Numbered from the stretch's first letter, positions 37,334 to 49,247 are shown. The stretch is 64,000 nt of DNA from Nemertoderma westbladi (GCA_032718475.1 JAUCBJ010006096.1:1-64000), one strand, 5' to 3'. The notes: generated by a model not told the origin, from the sequence alone. Program-made: numbers and translations.

Positions 37334-40300
37334 GTAACATAAAACCTAACTGTGCGTTGTGCGACGGGACCCACCGTTTGAGTGCGTGTGCTGAATTTCT
37401 AAAGAAATCCCTTGTAGACAGACGTGCAGTCGTGTGGGACAAGCGGTTATGTTATAATTGCCTCAGACCAGGACACCAACGGCGAACCTGTTACTCCGAC
37501 ATAAAGTGTGCAAAGTGTGGCGCGAAACATCACATCTTGTTACACAGTGAGTTCGATCGAGACAAACTGAGTCAGGTAAGTGAGCCCGAACTACATGTCC
37601 AATTCAGTGATGTAAACGACACTGATCAAGAATCTGAGATGGAAGGATTCTATACTGACGAATTCTCCGACGCCAACGAATCCTGTTATCTAATCAATAC
37701 CGCAGTGTATCGAGCACTTACTTATGAAAAGGACACCAACGATGAGTTTCCCCCAACTACTTTTGCCAAACAACCATCTTGGAAAGCTCCAACTTCCAAC
37801 GTAGGAATCAGAGAATTTCCTGTAGTGCAGGTAAGAGTTCACGGTCTTAACAAAAGTTACATAGTGAACGCCCTCCTTGACTCTGGCAGCACAGGAACAT
37901 TCATCGATCAAGAACTAGCCGAAGATATCTTTGCTGGACAACCCAAGTTCCGGACTAAATTGAATATGTCAGGAATTATGCAGGTTTGGAAATCTACCCT
38001 AACGGCAGATTACTATGTAGGTGTGTTGTCCACCCCCCAGGATAAGTTAGGAGCACAAGGTATAAGGTCGGTAAAAATGGTGGCTATAAAGAACTTCGCT
38101 ACTACTCAAGCAGACCTTTATAATTGGGACGAGGATGAGAGCATCCAACATCTTAAGATACCTCGATTCCAGACAGATTATCCTGGAGTGCAAATACTCA
38201 TCGGCCAAAACGCGCATGAAGCGCTCGAAACATTGGAGAAACGGCCTGCTCAACCACAGCCACTGCAAACCTATGCGGTAAGAACTAGAGTAGGTTGGTA
38301 CCTTACTGGCCCTTCCCGCAGGACTCTCGAAGAACAAATATACCAAGTAAACGATTGGGAAGTGGAGAGCAGTGAGGTGGACGAACTAACTGAGGGAACA
38401 CCATACTCCTCAGATAATGACGACATCTACCAACTCTTCGATGAAGAGAATACAATCGACCTACTTACAGAAAACCAAACTTGGAAAAATCAGGTGAACC
38501 TATGTCAACTGATTCGCCCATCGGAACCCATCGCTTACAATGACGAACTAAACGATGAGATAGAGCGCTACAACGCTAGAACTCGGGACGAACTATCCGT
38601 ACGATTCTTTACTCAGGAACTGGTAGAGCCCAATTCATATGATAAGGCTCTATCGATAGAAGAAGAAAGAGCCAAGCAAATCCAGGAAACAACTACACGT
38701 TTTTTAAAAGACCAAGGTAGATATGAAATCGGCCTACCATTTCGAAAACGAGAACCTAGATTTATAAATAACAGACCTTTGGCAGAGAAAAGAATCGCTC
38801 AATTACATCGACGACTTACAGCTAATGCTTCAGCGAAAGAAATGTACCAAACTCAGCTGAAGAAATTTATAACAAAGGGATACGCGGAGCGAGTACCGGA
38901 AGGAACACCAGTGACTGAGAGAACGTATTACTTAACGCATCATTACGTTCCCAAACCCGGTAAACCACACGAAGTACGAGTCGTATTCGATGGCTCCGCC
39001 CTATATATGGGCCAATCCCTCAATTCCGAGTTGTTACCAGGACCCAACTTACTCCAATCTTTGTTGGGAATACTTTTAAGATTAAGACAATATTCCATCA
39101 CGTTCGCCTCAGATATAGAAGGAATGTTCTTACAAGTCAAGGCGCTGGATAGAGATAGAGACAGCCTGAGATTTCTGTGGTGGCCTGAAGGAGACCTCAA
39201 TCAGAAACCGGTAGAGTATTGGATGACCATCCAGGCTTTTGGAATCATATCAAGCCCTTCCAACGCCTGCTCCGTGGTGTGAACCACTGCGAATGACAAC
39301 CGAGACTCCTTCTCAAAGGAGGTGATAGATAACATCAAACGGAATATATACATGGACGACAATTTAAGGTCCCTTCCATCAGTAGAAGAAGCCATAGATG
39401 TCGCGAAAGGAACGGTAGAGTGATTGAAAAGAGGTGGATTTCGACTGACGAAATTCACCAGCAACTCCCGTGAGTTTCTAGAAGCGATACCGGTAGAAGA
39501 CCGCAGAGCGAAAGACCTAGACTTAATAAAGGACGATCTTCCTGAAACCAAGACGCTAGGCTTAAAGTGGGACACTGAAAGAGACATCCTGTTTTTTCAG
39601 TTAAAACAGCGAGATAATCCAGTTCGGACCAAACGGATTTGTTTAAGTATTCTGAGCACTTATTTCGACCCATTGGGATTCATTAGCCCAGTTATATTGA
39701 TTGCTCGGAGTTTAGTACAACAAATGTGGCTTGAAAACCACTCATGGGACGATCCACTTAAGGGAGAATTGTTAACGAAATGGATGAAATGGGAAGATTC
39801 TCTACCTGCCATCGAGAACTTTATAATTTCCCGTGCATATTTTGGCCATGTTCTCCCTACGTACTCTTATCAACTCCATGTGTTTGGAGACGCCAGCGAC
39901 ATGGGAATAGGTATAGTAGCATATCTGCGAGTCGAAACTCCGGATGGGATCAAGGTCGCCTTGGTTACCTCTAAGGCATTGATTAACAACAAGTTAAAGG
40001 TTCCTCGAGCGGAGTTAAAGGCAGCTTTATACGCTACAGCCATCGGCCGGAACGTAACGGAACAAATCGACTATCCACTGGAGAAAACGGTTTATTGGAC
40101 CGACGCTTTACTCGTGTTGGAGTATCTAACCAATGAAGTCTGTCAGTTCAGCGTTTTTGTTACTAACCGAGTAGCTATTATTCTTAGTCGCACAAAGATA
40201 GATCAATGGAGACATTGCCCTGGTACGATTAATCCAGCCGATATCGCCTCCAGGGGAGCAACTCCACAGGAACTGATAGATACTCCAGATTGGTTGGGTG

Positions 40301-41458
40301 GACCCGACTTCCTGAGCAAGGAAGAGGATGAATGGCCTCCTCACCTTACTACGGCAGAGATTAGACAAGCCAAGGGAGCGGAGACAGTCAAACCTAAAAC
40401 CCGGGCGAGTAAATCGAAGTTATTTAAACCGACTATCGATCTATCTGTATTACATACTTCCGGGAATGATGCTTCGGATCCACAATCCCTCAACACAAAT
40501 AAGTCTGTTGTGGAAATTAGAGATAAAGATTGGAAATCTGGAATACCAGACGTCTCGCAAGGAATCTCACCCATGCTGCAGAGAGCAATGCATCATTACA
40601 GTTCCTGGAATCGGCTCTGTAAAGCCGTCACATATTTAAGACGATGTTTTCATCATCACTACTCCAGGACGAAGACCACTAGTGATACCGCTCCATTGAC
40701 ATCTGCACAAGTTCATGTTATTAAAAATTTACCCAAATATAAGACATCTGACCGTTTTCTAAAGGAGAAAATTAGTCACCAGGAACATGAAGAAACCAAT
40801 AAGCAGGTACTGAGACTCCTGCAATGCTATGAGGATCCCGAAAAGTATTTCCTGTTGTTAAGAAATCCGCAGATGCGCTTAAGGGATCGATTCTCGAGCA
40901 CAATGATAGATGGGTTAATACGTGTTGGAGGAAGACTCACCAATGCGCCCTTATCCTTTGACACCAAATTCCCCATACTTATTAGAAATCTTGAAGTACA
41001 AATCAAGATGATTGTAGATGTTCACAGTAAACTTTATCATGCTGGTAGAGAACGAATTCTTAGCGAAATTCGAACTCGCTATTATTTTAATAAACCCCGT
41101 AGAGCTCTGAACCAAGTTCTTAGGAACTGCATACCCTGTAGGAAAGCATTCAGTAGGCCTTTAACACAGCGAGAGGCAGAATTACCTAGGGAACGAGTAA
41201 GCTTCTATGAACCACCTTTTACTAATACTGGTGTAGATTTATTTGGCCCTATTGAAGTATATCGTGCGAGGACTATAGTCAAGAGATGGTGTGTCATCTT
41301 CGTGTGCATGACTTGTAGAGCCATCCATCTCGATATGGTGAACGATCTATCTACCAACAGCTTCGTCTTAAGTTTACGACGACAGATCGCTCGCTTCGGG
41401 ACGAGTAATACCATAAGGGAACGAACTTCATTGGTGCCAACAACGAAATACAGGCTTA
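37273..41458 (+). pseudogene. BEL/Pao pol (3 Zn knuckles, protease, RT, RNase H, N-terminal integrase), two in-frame stops, 3'-truncated
   Basis: CALCDGTHRLSAC / CYNCLRPGHQRRTC / CAKCGAKHHILLH; ALLDSGS; VRVVFDGS, SDIEGMFLQV, YMDD at 39349; LHVFGDAS, NPADIASRG; H-H-CIPC, TGVDLFGP; TGA at 39280 and 39421; ends at the copia LTR. Confidence 0.93.
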
Positions 41459-41660
41459 CATAACATAACATAATACTCAGTTCTATAATGCTATAATGTA
41501 TATATTGGTTTAGACAATAATCACATACTTACATAAATCAGTCCTTCCTATTCTAACGCTAGGCCTATACTGCTATACATAAGTACAGTAGGAACCGGTA
41601 CTGTCACATCACCTCAATCATCCCATCACCAGAGCCATGGCCTATTCCAGAGCAGTCACA

Positions 41661-41671
41661 ATCTCCCCTCT
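41661..41671 (-). promoter_or_regulatory. Polypurine tract AGAGGGGAGAT
   Basis: Immediately precedes the 3' LTR on the minus strand. Confidence 0.85.
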
Positions 41672-41765
41672 TACAATATTAATGAAAACAGTACAGAATA
41701 AATCAATATGTATATCTCCCCCAACTTTGTAACAAATAACATCTATGAGTTTTGAGTTAGTGATA

Positions 41766-44700
41766 TTACTCATTAGTTTTATTACACCATCCCAAATAAG
41801 AATGATTTTGTAATTGCCCTGATTTCAATACCCCACGTAGAAGAGTTTTAGACGCCCCTCTTTTGGTCAGCGAGTCCGCCACTTGCTCTTTAGCTTCTAC
41901 CCAAAGAATTTCAAGCTCGTGCCGTTCTACCTTCTGACGGAGAAAGGCAATGTCAACCCTAAGACCGCGATCCTGAACGACATTCGTAGTTTGGACTGCC
42001 GAAAATAGACTTCTGTTGTCAATTAAACACACCAACGGGAGCTGAACACCATGAATTTCCTCCACAATAGCTAAGATCTCTCCAGCAGCATCTATCCCTT
42101 CCACCAGAGCTAACGTTTCGGCAGCTAATGTACTCCTCACCACCCTTCGTAATTTTCTGCTTTGCCAAGCCAATGGCAGACAAACACCTCGTCGATTAGT
42201 CAGAAATATAATGAATGCACCCTGTGATGATCCATCTGATAAATTCGCATATGATGCATCACTATACACCTGTAATATACAATTTTCAATAGATCCTAGA
42301 TTGGGATAATAAACATCCAGTTTCTCGTATTTAATATCCTTTATGACCTTATTAACTGTACGTATTACATTTATTGTCGCATTTTTAATATTAGTACTTG
42401 AAATGCAGATCTCATATCCAATATCTGGTCTCGTTTGATTGAAGATCCACATGAGTTGTCCCAATACAGTTTTTAATGATTTTTTACAATTATCATTTAG
42501 TTTATCTTCACTGTACTGATGCGATGGTACCTCAATTTCCTGTAGCTCTTGTATATAGTTGTCTTGGCTAATAGTTATACCTTCAGTTGTTTGAATCAAA
42601 TCTAAGCCTATATATTTAAAGGTACCAAGTTCTTCATGACTCAATAGAAATGTTGATCGAACTTTCCTCATAACCCGACTCTCAAAAACTTCTGTACCAC
42701 TGTAAACAATATCATCAACATGGGTCACAGCAATTCCATGTAATGTACCCGATATCTTGTAAATAAACATTGCCGGATCAATCTTACTGACAGTCATGCC
42801 CAATTTTAACAATTGGTCCCTAAAACGTGTGTACCACATTCTAGGCGCATCGACCAATCCATAAACGCATTTCTTTAGTTTCCATATTTTCCCTGGAATG
42901 TGACATTCTTTTGGAGGCTGAACATATACTTCCCGTGAAATAGGGTTTCCCTGTAAAAAGGCAGCACGAACATCAAATGACTTGAGTTCCCAGTTGTTGC
43001 TCACTATTGTGGCCAAAACCATCCTAAAACTTTCCTTACTACATGTTGGTGAATCACAGCGAACATCTGTAATTTCTTCGAAGCCCCTTGCTACAAGCCT
43101 TGCCTTCACAAATTTATGACCATTGAGTTCTTTTTCTGTTAATATCCATTTTATTGAAATAGTTTCTTGACCTATCTCATCAACCTCCAAATAAACATCA
43201 TTTTCTTTCCAACTTGTCAGTTCTTTTACCTTAGCATCCATTATTTCCTGCACTGAATGAGTTTTATGGGTAACAGTGGTTACTAAAACTTCGTTTAAGG
43301 TTTCATCTTTAATTTTCCATTGACTCACATAATCTGGCCAGTCTACACATTTTGGCTCCTTTTCATCAGCAACTTTAATGTTTACAAATGTATTATACTT
43401 CCCAGTTGACTTGAGTTTGCTTAATATCTTGCCTTCCTTCCATTGTTCAGATTCATACGGTCGAAATAAAACAGTATTTCGAATCTTTGGGATTATTGAA
43501 CCATTCTTATAAGAATGTATTTCCGCATCTTTACTCATTGAACCTTGAACTGTAATTTCACTATTGTCATTATTTTCCAGAATTGCCACATCATCACATC
43601 CTACTAATCTCTCTGTATTATTATGGTTAACTTGGCTGTCCTCATCTAGAACAGCAGTATCATTATCTGAAAGAACCTCAATTTGTTTCGATTGGAAATC
43701 GTTTATATCTGTATTGACAACAGACAGGGGTGACTTATCGATAGAACCTCTTCCACTTTCCTCCTTCGAACTTTTCTCCACAGGGTTGTGCAAGTCATCC
43801 ATTTGTCCAAATGTAACAGATTTTACATGCTTTAAATGACAGGGATGTACTCGATAATACTCAGACTGATGTTTAACTAAAACTGTTTGACCTTCTTGCC
43901 CTAGAACAATAGCTGGTCCACTCCAATATTTATGTTTATTTCTTCTAAAATAAACCTTATCTCCATTATTATAACTGACGTCATTGCTGGTACGTACCTG
44001 ATGTCTCAATGCTCGTCGTATTTTCTCACTAGATTCAGCTTTGATATAATTTTCTCTCGCTAAATGCATAGCATTGATATTCGACCCAACCAATTTACTA
44101 CAGGTTCTCCCTTCTAGAGCCGGTAATTCATCGACTAACACATTTGGTAAAGTAGGGTTGCGGCCAAAGGCTAGTTGATTAGGGCTATAACCATGTACCA
44201 TTTGAAGTGAGTTTTTGGCACTTAGGGCCCAATATAAGGCAGTTTCTAAATCACAGCCTGAATCCTGATATGTTCTCTCTAAAGTTTCTGCTAACACAGC
44301 ATTGTGCCGCTCCACTATCCCATTGGAGAATGGAGATTCTGCTGACGATACTTGTAGTTGTATATTAAAATTCTGACACATGTCTCTATAATGTTCATTA
44401 GAAAATTCCCCTCCATTATCAGACATGAATTTCTTTGCAGCCCCAAAGCACCATATCCATGTCTTAAATAAACCTTTAATGACACTATCCTTCTGTTTAT
44501 TTGAAATCAAACAAGCTGCAGAAAATCTCGATGCTAAATCTATAAGATGAAGAATATATACTCTCGGACGAATTTCTTTCAGATCCATTGCCACAACCTC
44601 ATTGAACTCATGTGCTCGCTTCAACCCTACAATAGGTCGGGGTTTAGGCTTTTTGTATTTCTGACAAACCTCACAAACAGAACATACATCATCAATTGTC

Positions 44701-46433
44701 AAAGAAAGCCTCTTATCTAAAATCCTGGCATCTCTAAGGAGAGATTTCAATTTAATAGCATCTGCATGTGCAAATTGACGATGAAGTTTAAGAACATCAC
44801 TTCTTAAATCAGAATCACTCTTATCTTTTAATGGGGTCACTTTAAAAACCAACTTTGGTCTTTGATCAGGAATATTTGATATCGATCGACGATAATTATT
44901 CAGCGGTAAACAAAAGTGACCTGTGGACGTAAGATCTAATTTCAATTTGGTACCAAAAAGTTCAATCGTGTTAGTAGTAAAACATAAAGAAGCTCCAGCC
45001 TTTTTAAGTGATGTATTACTTAATAGTAATGGCAGATTATTGTCAACAACATTACACTCTATAAACACTGAAAGATGCCTAAGAAATGCTGGTATTTTAA
45101 CCAATGTATCTGATATAACAGGGTTTCCAACTCCAAATTTGAAAGGTGTGCAACAAGATGTAATTTCTATTAATCTATCATCTTCTTCACTGAGAGTTTC
45201 CCTGTATCTATTCAACCAATCTCGCCCACAAACTGTACGCGTACAGCCAGTGTCTATAATTGCACACGATAAAGCCTCCTTTACAAACAGGCAGTCAACC
45301 TCTGACACGGATTCCATAAGCCGATCAACATTACTGATCCCATTAACAGTTTCACCTAAAGATATCCCCTCACATGATTGAAAAAATGTGTAAAACACTC
45401 TCTCTCCATTTGTATTATCATAATTGTCATTAAAATCTGCATTATCTCTATAACTATCAGCAAGAAATACAGCTTGCTGTGCAGGACATTGAGCCACATA
45501 ATGTTCTGTACTGTTGCAATTATAACAACGTCGCACATATCCACTTGAATCAACTACATTTTGGCGAGCCCTGAAACTAGGTTGGCCAGATCTACCAGTA
45601 CTGATACCCGATCCTCTGAATTGCAATGTCGGACCTCGTTGTAAATATCTTCCCCGTTCTGAACCTCGATTAAAGTTACCCCTTTGAACCCAACCTCTTT
45701 GATCCCTCCTAGATCCATAAAAACCTCCTCTACGATGATTCACAAACAATATCTCTGCATCACTATCCACCGGTTCAATCTTAATTTTATCCTCTCTTCC
45801 TCCAGTACCACTACCGGTAGCACTCACACTAATACCACTAGTGGTACTTCCTTGCAGTACAATGTCATATATCCTCAAAAGTGTGTCTGACATTCCCTCA
45901 TAATTTATTTCTGTAGTCGTAGCCAGAGCCAAATCTTTTTTATCTCTAGGAATATTCGCACTTTTTAACAGCCTATAAGCTAAAACAGGCCCAGGTAATT
46001 CAATTTTGTATTTTTTCATCTTTTCAACAAGACGCTCAAAATCGATAACAAAATTCTCAATCGAACTATCTTTATCTCTAACAAATTCTTCAAATTCTGC
46101 ATAAGACTGATACGCAGCCTGTGAATCTTTTTTTAAATGTAACTTATCAAGTTTCAGTAACACATGAGCAAGTCCGTCAGCCTGTTTTACCTGATCAACG
46201 CTAAGTGAGGATACAGCATCTTTAGGCTTACCTTTCAACTCCAAATAAACCGCCATTCCATGTTTTGCTGCTGGTAAACTTGTTAGTTCGGACCATACCT
46301 CTATGTCGAACTTCCACTGTTCATATTCATTCCTGCTGGCTTTATCTTTAAGCGCTGGTGGAATCTTCCACATTACACTACCACCAGTCATCCCAGTTGT
46401 ACCGGTAGGTCTACCTGTACCTCCAGTTGCCAT
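41766..46433 (-). CDS. Copia Gag-Pol polyprotein (Gag, CCHC knuckle, protease, integrase, RT, RNase H), uninterrupted
   Basis: CYNCNSTEHYVAQC; AIIDTGC; LHRQFAH..CEVC; SDNGGEF..NGIVERHN; KARLVARGF, LKKCVYGL, HVDD; VYSDAS, STLAAET, VADSLTK. First ATG at 46433 (the track starts at TTG 46472). Confidence 0.95.
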   Translation of the reverse strand: MATGGTGRPTGTTGMTGGSVMWKIPPALKDKASRNEYEQWKFDIEVWSELTSLPAAKHGMAVYLELKGKPKDAVSSLSVDQVKQADGLAHVLLKLDKLHLKKDSQAAYQSYAEFEEFVRDKDSSIENFVIDFERLVEKMKKYKIELPGPVLAYRLLKSANIPRDKKDLALATTTEINYEGMSDTLLRIYDIVLQGSTTSGISVSATGSGTGGREDKIKIEPVDSDAEILFVNHRRGGFYGSRRDQRGWVQRGNFNRGSERGRYLQRGPTLQFRGSGISTGRSGQPSFRARQNVVDSSGYVRRCYNCNSTEHYVAQCPAQQAVFLADSYRDNADFNDNYDNTNGERVFYTFFQSCEGISLGETVNGISNVDRLMESVSEVDCLFVKEALSCAIIDTGCTRTVCGRDWLNRYRETLSEEDDRLIEITSCCTPFKFGVGNPVISDTLVKIPAFLRHLSVFIECNVVDNNLPLLLSNTSLKKAGASLCFTTNTIELFGTKLKLDLTSTGHFCLPLNNYRRSISNIPDQRPKLVFKVTPLKDKSDSDLRSDVLKLHRQFAHADAIKLKSLLRDARILDKRLSLTIDDVCSVCEVCQKYKKPKPRPIVGLKRAHEFNEVVAMDLKEIRPRVYILHLIDLASRFSAACLISNKQKDSVIKGLFKTWIWCFGAAKKFMSDNGGEFSNEHYRDMCQNFNIQLQVSSAESPFSNGIVERHNAVLAETLERTYQDSGCDLETALYWALSAKNSLQMVHGYSPNQLAFGRNPTLPNVLVDELPALEGRTCSKLVGSNINAMHLARENYIKAESSEKIRRALRHQVRTSNDVSYNNGDKVYFRRNKHKYWSGPAIVLGQEGQTVLVKHQSEYYRVHPCHLKHVKSVTFGQMDDLHNPVEKSSKEESGRGSIDKSPLSVVNTDINDFQSKQIEVLSDNDTAVLDEDSQVNHNNTERLVGCDDVAILENNDNSEITVQGSMSKDAEIHSYKNGSIIPKIRNTVLFRPYESEQWKEGKILSKLKSTGKYNTFVNIKVADEKEPKCVDWPDYVSQWKIKDETLNEVLVTTVTHKTHSVQEIMDAKVKELTSWKENDVYLEVDEIGQETISIKWILTEKELNGHKFVKARLVARGFEEITDVRCDSPTCSKESFRMVLATIVSNNWELKSFDVRAAFLQGNPISREVYVQPPKECHIPGKIWKLKKCVYGLVDAPRMWYTRFRDQLLKLGMTVSKIDPAMFIYKISGTLHGIAVTHVDDIVYSGTEVFESRVMRKVRSTFLLSHEELGTFKYIGLDLIQTTEGITISQDNYIQELQEIEVPSHQYSEDKLNDNCKKSLKTVLGQLMWIFNQTRPDIGYEICISSTNIKNATINVIRTVNKVIKDIKYEKLDVYYPNLGSIENCILQVYSDASYANLSDGSSQGAFIIFLTNRRGVCLPLAWQSRKLRRVVRSTLAAETLALVEGIDAAGEILAIVEEIHGVQLPLVCLIDNRSLFSAVQTTNVVQDRGLRVDIAFLRQKVERHELEILWVEAKEQVADSLTKRGASKTLLRGVLKSGQLQNHSYLGWCNKTNE

Positions 46434-46675
46434 ATTAAAACTTAGAAGGTACCGGTACCGTATTCTATTCAATTAATTGTAATAACAAACAGGCACCGCG
46501 CCGTTAATAGCAATAGGCCTAACTGCCTAATACAGTTGTAGTTATGTCTAGCCTAATTTAGAGTTCCCAGTTCTGCAATTTGCAGATTTGCCATATACCA
46601 GTATACATACATCTGTACATCTACCGGGTGACCGGTACATCGATTTACACATCCAGACATCTTCTTATTGCTGAT

Positions 46676-46693
46676 AACCACGCTCTGCTACCA
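46676..46693 (-). promoter_or_regulatory. Primer-binding site for initiator tRNA-Met (TGGTAGCAGAGCGTGGTT)
   Basis: 2 nt inside the 5' LTR; complementary to the ...CTCTGCTACCA 3' end of animal tRNAiMet; TGGTAGCAGAGC is the PBS described for GalEa elements. Confidence 0.9.
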
Positions 46694-46934
46694 AATGTGA
46701 AATATCATAACATAACATAATACTCAGTTCTATAATGCTATAATGTATATATTGGTTTAGACAATAATCACATACTTACATAAATCAGTCCTTCCTATTC
46801 TAACGCTAGGCCTATACTGCTATACATAAGTACAGTAGGAACCGGTACTGTCACATCACCTCAATCATCCCATCACCAGAGCCATGGCCTATTCCAGAGC
46901 AGTCACACCTTACACTTTAAACGTATAAATTAAA

Positions 46935-47495
46935 ATGGATTCTGATTTATTTCAAAGATACAGTAAACCTCAATATGGGGGATCAGACTCTAATCTTCCT
47001 GTTTTTAAAGGTGGAAAAAGTACCAGAGGCTCGACGCAAGTTCCAGTTTTTCGTGGTGGATCATATATTGACCCTTACGGTCAACAAATTGGCACATTTG
47101 GTCCAAACTTAAAACAACGTCGTTTTCAGCGTTATCGTAGAGGTATGCGGGCAAATCAACACGGAGAAGGTATATTTACAGACGCCTTATCGACATTGAA
47201 AAAATTTGGTAAGCCATTAGCTAAAAAAGTTTTACAAAAAGCTTTACCATTTACCACAAAATTTATGAGACAACACGTAATACCAAAAGGTAAGCGGATC
47301 TTACATCGGCAGGCTAATACGGTTATTAATAAAGCATTAAATAAAATGAAACCATCAACAAGGTCGGTTGTAGAAAAAGTTTATAGAGATTTAAAGCGAC
47401 CCGCTAGACCAATGACTATGAACATACATCATCGACGTAGTAAAAAGAGAAATATAAAAGGTAAACAGAAACACTGCGAAAAAAGTATTTTTTAA
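46935..47495 (+). CDS. Polinton/adintovirus basic core or membrane-active protein (pVII/pX/GasderminX-like), 186 aa
   Basis: Lys/Arg-rich; QYGG, FKGG, FRGG and QHGEG motifs followed by an amphipathic segment (IFTDALSTLKKFGKPLAKKVLQKALP); 2 bp upstream of the capsid ORF. Confidence 0.7.
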   Translation: MDSDLFQRYSKPQYGGSDSNLPVFKGGKSTRGSTQVPVFRGGSYIDPYGQQIGTFGPNLKQRRFQRYRRGMRANQHGEGIFTDALSTLKKFGKPLAKKVLQKALPFTTKFMRQHVIPKGKRILHRQANTVINKALNKMKPSTRSVVEKVYRDLKRPARPMTMNIHHRRSKKRNIKGKQKHCEKSIF

Positions 47496-47497
47496 TA

Positions 47498-48757
47498 ATG
47501 TCAATTATTAAGGAATTAGATTTATTTTCTACACAGCCAATACAGACTGAATTTAAAGCAAAACATTATGAAACAATTTACCCTGTATCTAATCTCCGTA
47601 GCGAATCTAGGGAGGTTACCTTCCTTGTACCCAGATCCAATGAATTCTATACGAAACTGCAAGACGCGTTATTAATTACAAAATGTACAGTACGTTGGGA
47701 TAGACGACTTGAAAACTCCCATATTTATATGCTGAATTACCCAGCTGAAACTATGTGGAGTGATATTAAAATAGACCTTAATGAGAAGCAGGTTGAAAAT
47801 AGCAATAACCATTATTTCTACAAGTCGTACTTATCCAATTTATTATTTACAACTTACGAGGATAAAAATGGGCTACTAGGTGCCGGTGGTTTTCATCAAC
47901 CTTTATCAGAACATGGAAATGAAATTGATCCCGGCGCGCATCCTATTGCCGATGCCTTTAGTAAACAAATGCAATTTGTAAGTGGATTGACGATTGATTT
48001 TGATACTGAAACTAAAATAATACAACCTGGGTATGATTTACGAATGCATTTTAGAAAAGTATCAAATTCGTTTATTTTTAAAATCACTCCAAACGCAAAC
48101 GCTGTGACAAATCTTCGACTAGAGTTAGATGATATAAAAATTCTAATTCCTAGAATGGAGGTTAATCCGGTAATAGAAAGCAGTCACCTAAAAGGCTTAG
48201 AGAGCTACGATATTGAATATCAATTTCAAAAGAAAGAGGTAACTACATTTACTATTCCAGCTCAAACCACAAATTACACTCAAACAAACATATTTGATGG
48301 TAAAAAACCCAAATTAGTTATTATTGGTTTCATAACAAATAACGCTTATTCGGGAGAATTAATTAGCAATCCCTTGAAATTTGAACATTTTAACCTTAGA
48401 CGCGCGGAACTGATTGTAGACGGTCTTCCAGTAGGAGGTGTAATATACGAGCCTAATTTTACAGATGGAACATATATTTTTGAGTATACTCAATTAATGA
48501 AGAACATTAATACATATATTAACGGTTATGGAGGTAATAATATAGACCATGAAACCTATTTAGGTAATTGTCCCCTTCTATCCTGGGACTTAACCGCTGA
48601 CGGCTATGTTAGAGATCCACAACCCTCAATATATACTAACGGTCAATTAAAATTAAGATTTTCCGAACCGTTGGTTGAAACCATAAATGTAATTGTTTTT
48701 AATATTTATGATCAATCATTAAGTTTAAATAGCAGGAAAGAAATACATATCGATTAA
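47498..48757 (+). CDS. Polinton/adintovirus major capsid protein (hexon-like double jelly-roll), 419 aa
   Basis: ELDLF..QPIQ, YETIYP, NYPAETMWSDIKIDLNEKQV, YFYKSYLSNLL, PKLVIIGF...AYSG...NPLKFEHFNL, WDLTAD, LKLRFSEPL...INVIV; size and position next to adenain fit. Confidence 0.88.
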   Translation: MSIIKELDLFSTQPIQTEFKAKHYETIYPVSNLRSESREVTFLVPRSNEFYTKLQDALLITKCTVRWDRRLENSHIYMLNYPAETMWSDIKIDLNEKQVENSNNHYFYKSYLSNLLFTTYEDKNGLLGAGGFHQPLSEHGNEIDPGAHPIADAFSKQMQFVSGLTIDFDTETKIIQPGYDLRMHFRKVSNSFIFKITPNANAVTNLRLELDDIKILIPRMEVNPVIESSHLKGLESYDIEYQFQKKEVTTFTIPAQTTNYTQTNIFDGKKPKLVIIGFITNNAYSGELISNPLKFEHFNLRRAELIVDGLPVGGVIYEPNFTDGTYIFEYTQLMKNINTYINGYGGNNIDHETYLGNCPLLSWDLTADGYVRDPQPSIYTNGQLKLRFSEPLVETINVIVFNIYDQSLSLNSRKEIHID

Positions 48758-48759
48758 GT

Positions 48760-49212
48760 ATGTTATCTACAGAGGACCTTGATATGTTTCCAGTAGGTGG
48801 TCACTATTTGGGCGCGTTTCCGGCTAATAAATTACCTAAATTAGATAATAATAAGCGGCAGGAATATGGCTTGATAGTAAACACTGATAAACAGCATCTG
48901 CCTGGGATTCATTGGATCGCAATATATATACGAGATAATGAGGCCGAAGTATTTGATTCGTTTGGATCAAAATATCCAAACAGATGCATCGAAAAATGGC
49001 TTGAGAAAAATTCCACAAGGTGGCGTACTACACGCAAACAATTTCAAGACCCTCGAAGGACCACATGCGGACTGTACTGTCTCTATTATTTGGTAAATCG
49101 TATTCACTCAATCTATCCAATGAGAGCGTTTACAAATAATGTGGAAATCAATGAAATTATATTATATAAATGGCTTGTTAATTATTATAAATTAAACCAA
49201 CAAACTTTGTAA
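48760..49212 (+). CDS. Adenain-like (C5/Ulp1-fold) maturation cysteine protease, 150 aa
   Basis: IVNTD...PGIHWIAI (His), VFDSFG (Asp), QFQ....TTCGLYC (Gln/Cys). Confidence 0.93.
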   Translation: MLSTEDLDMFPVGGHYLGAFPANKLPKLDNNKRQEYGLIVNTDKQHLPGIHWIAIYIRDNEAEVFDSFGSKYPNRCIEKWLEKNSTRWRTTRKQFQDPRRTTCGLYCLYYLVNRIHSIYPMRAFTNNVEINEIILYKWLVNYYKLNQQTL

Positions 49213-49247
49213 TTAATCATTTAGCTTGCTTTTGTTTATCAGATAAA

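Larger units (their letters stand above)
41459..46907 (-). mobile_element. Ty1/copia LTR retrotransposon, GalEa-type, essentially full length
   Basis: 5' LTR 46696-46907 (212 bp, TGTGA...TCACA); 3' LTR 41459-41660 identical by eye but missing the outer 10 bp; PBS and PPT present; single long ORF. Confidence 0.95.

Noticed and set aside
34228-45890. Short antisense ORFs within the BEL and copia coding regions
   Set aside because: Shadow frames of long ORFs with no recognisable motifs.
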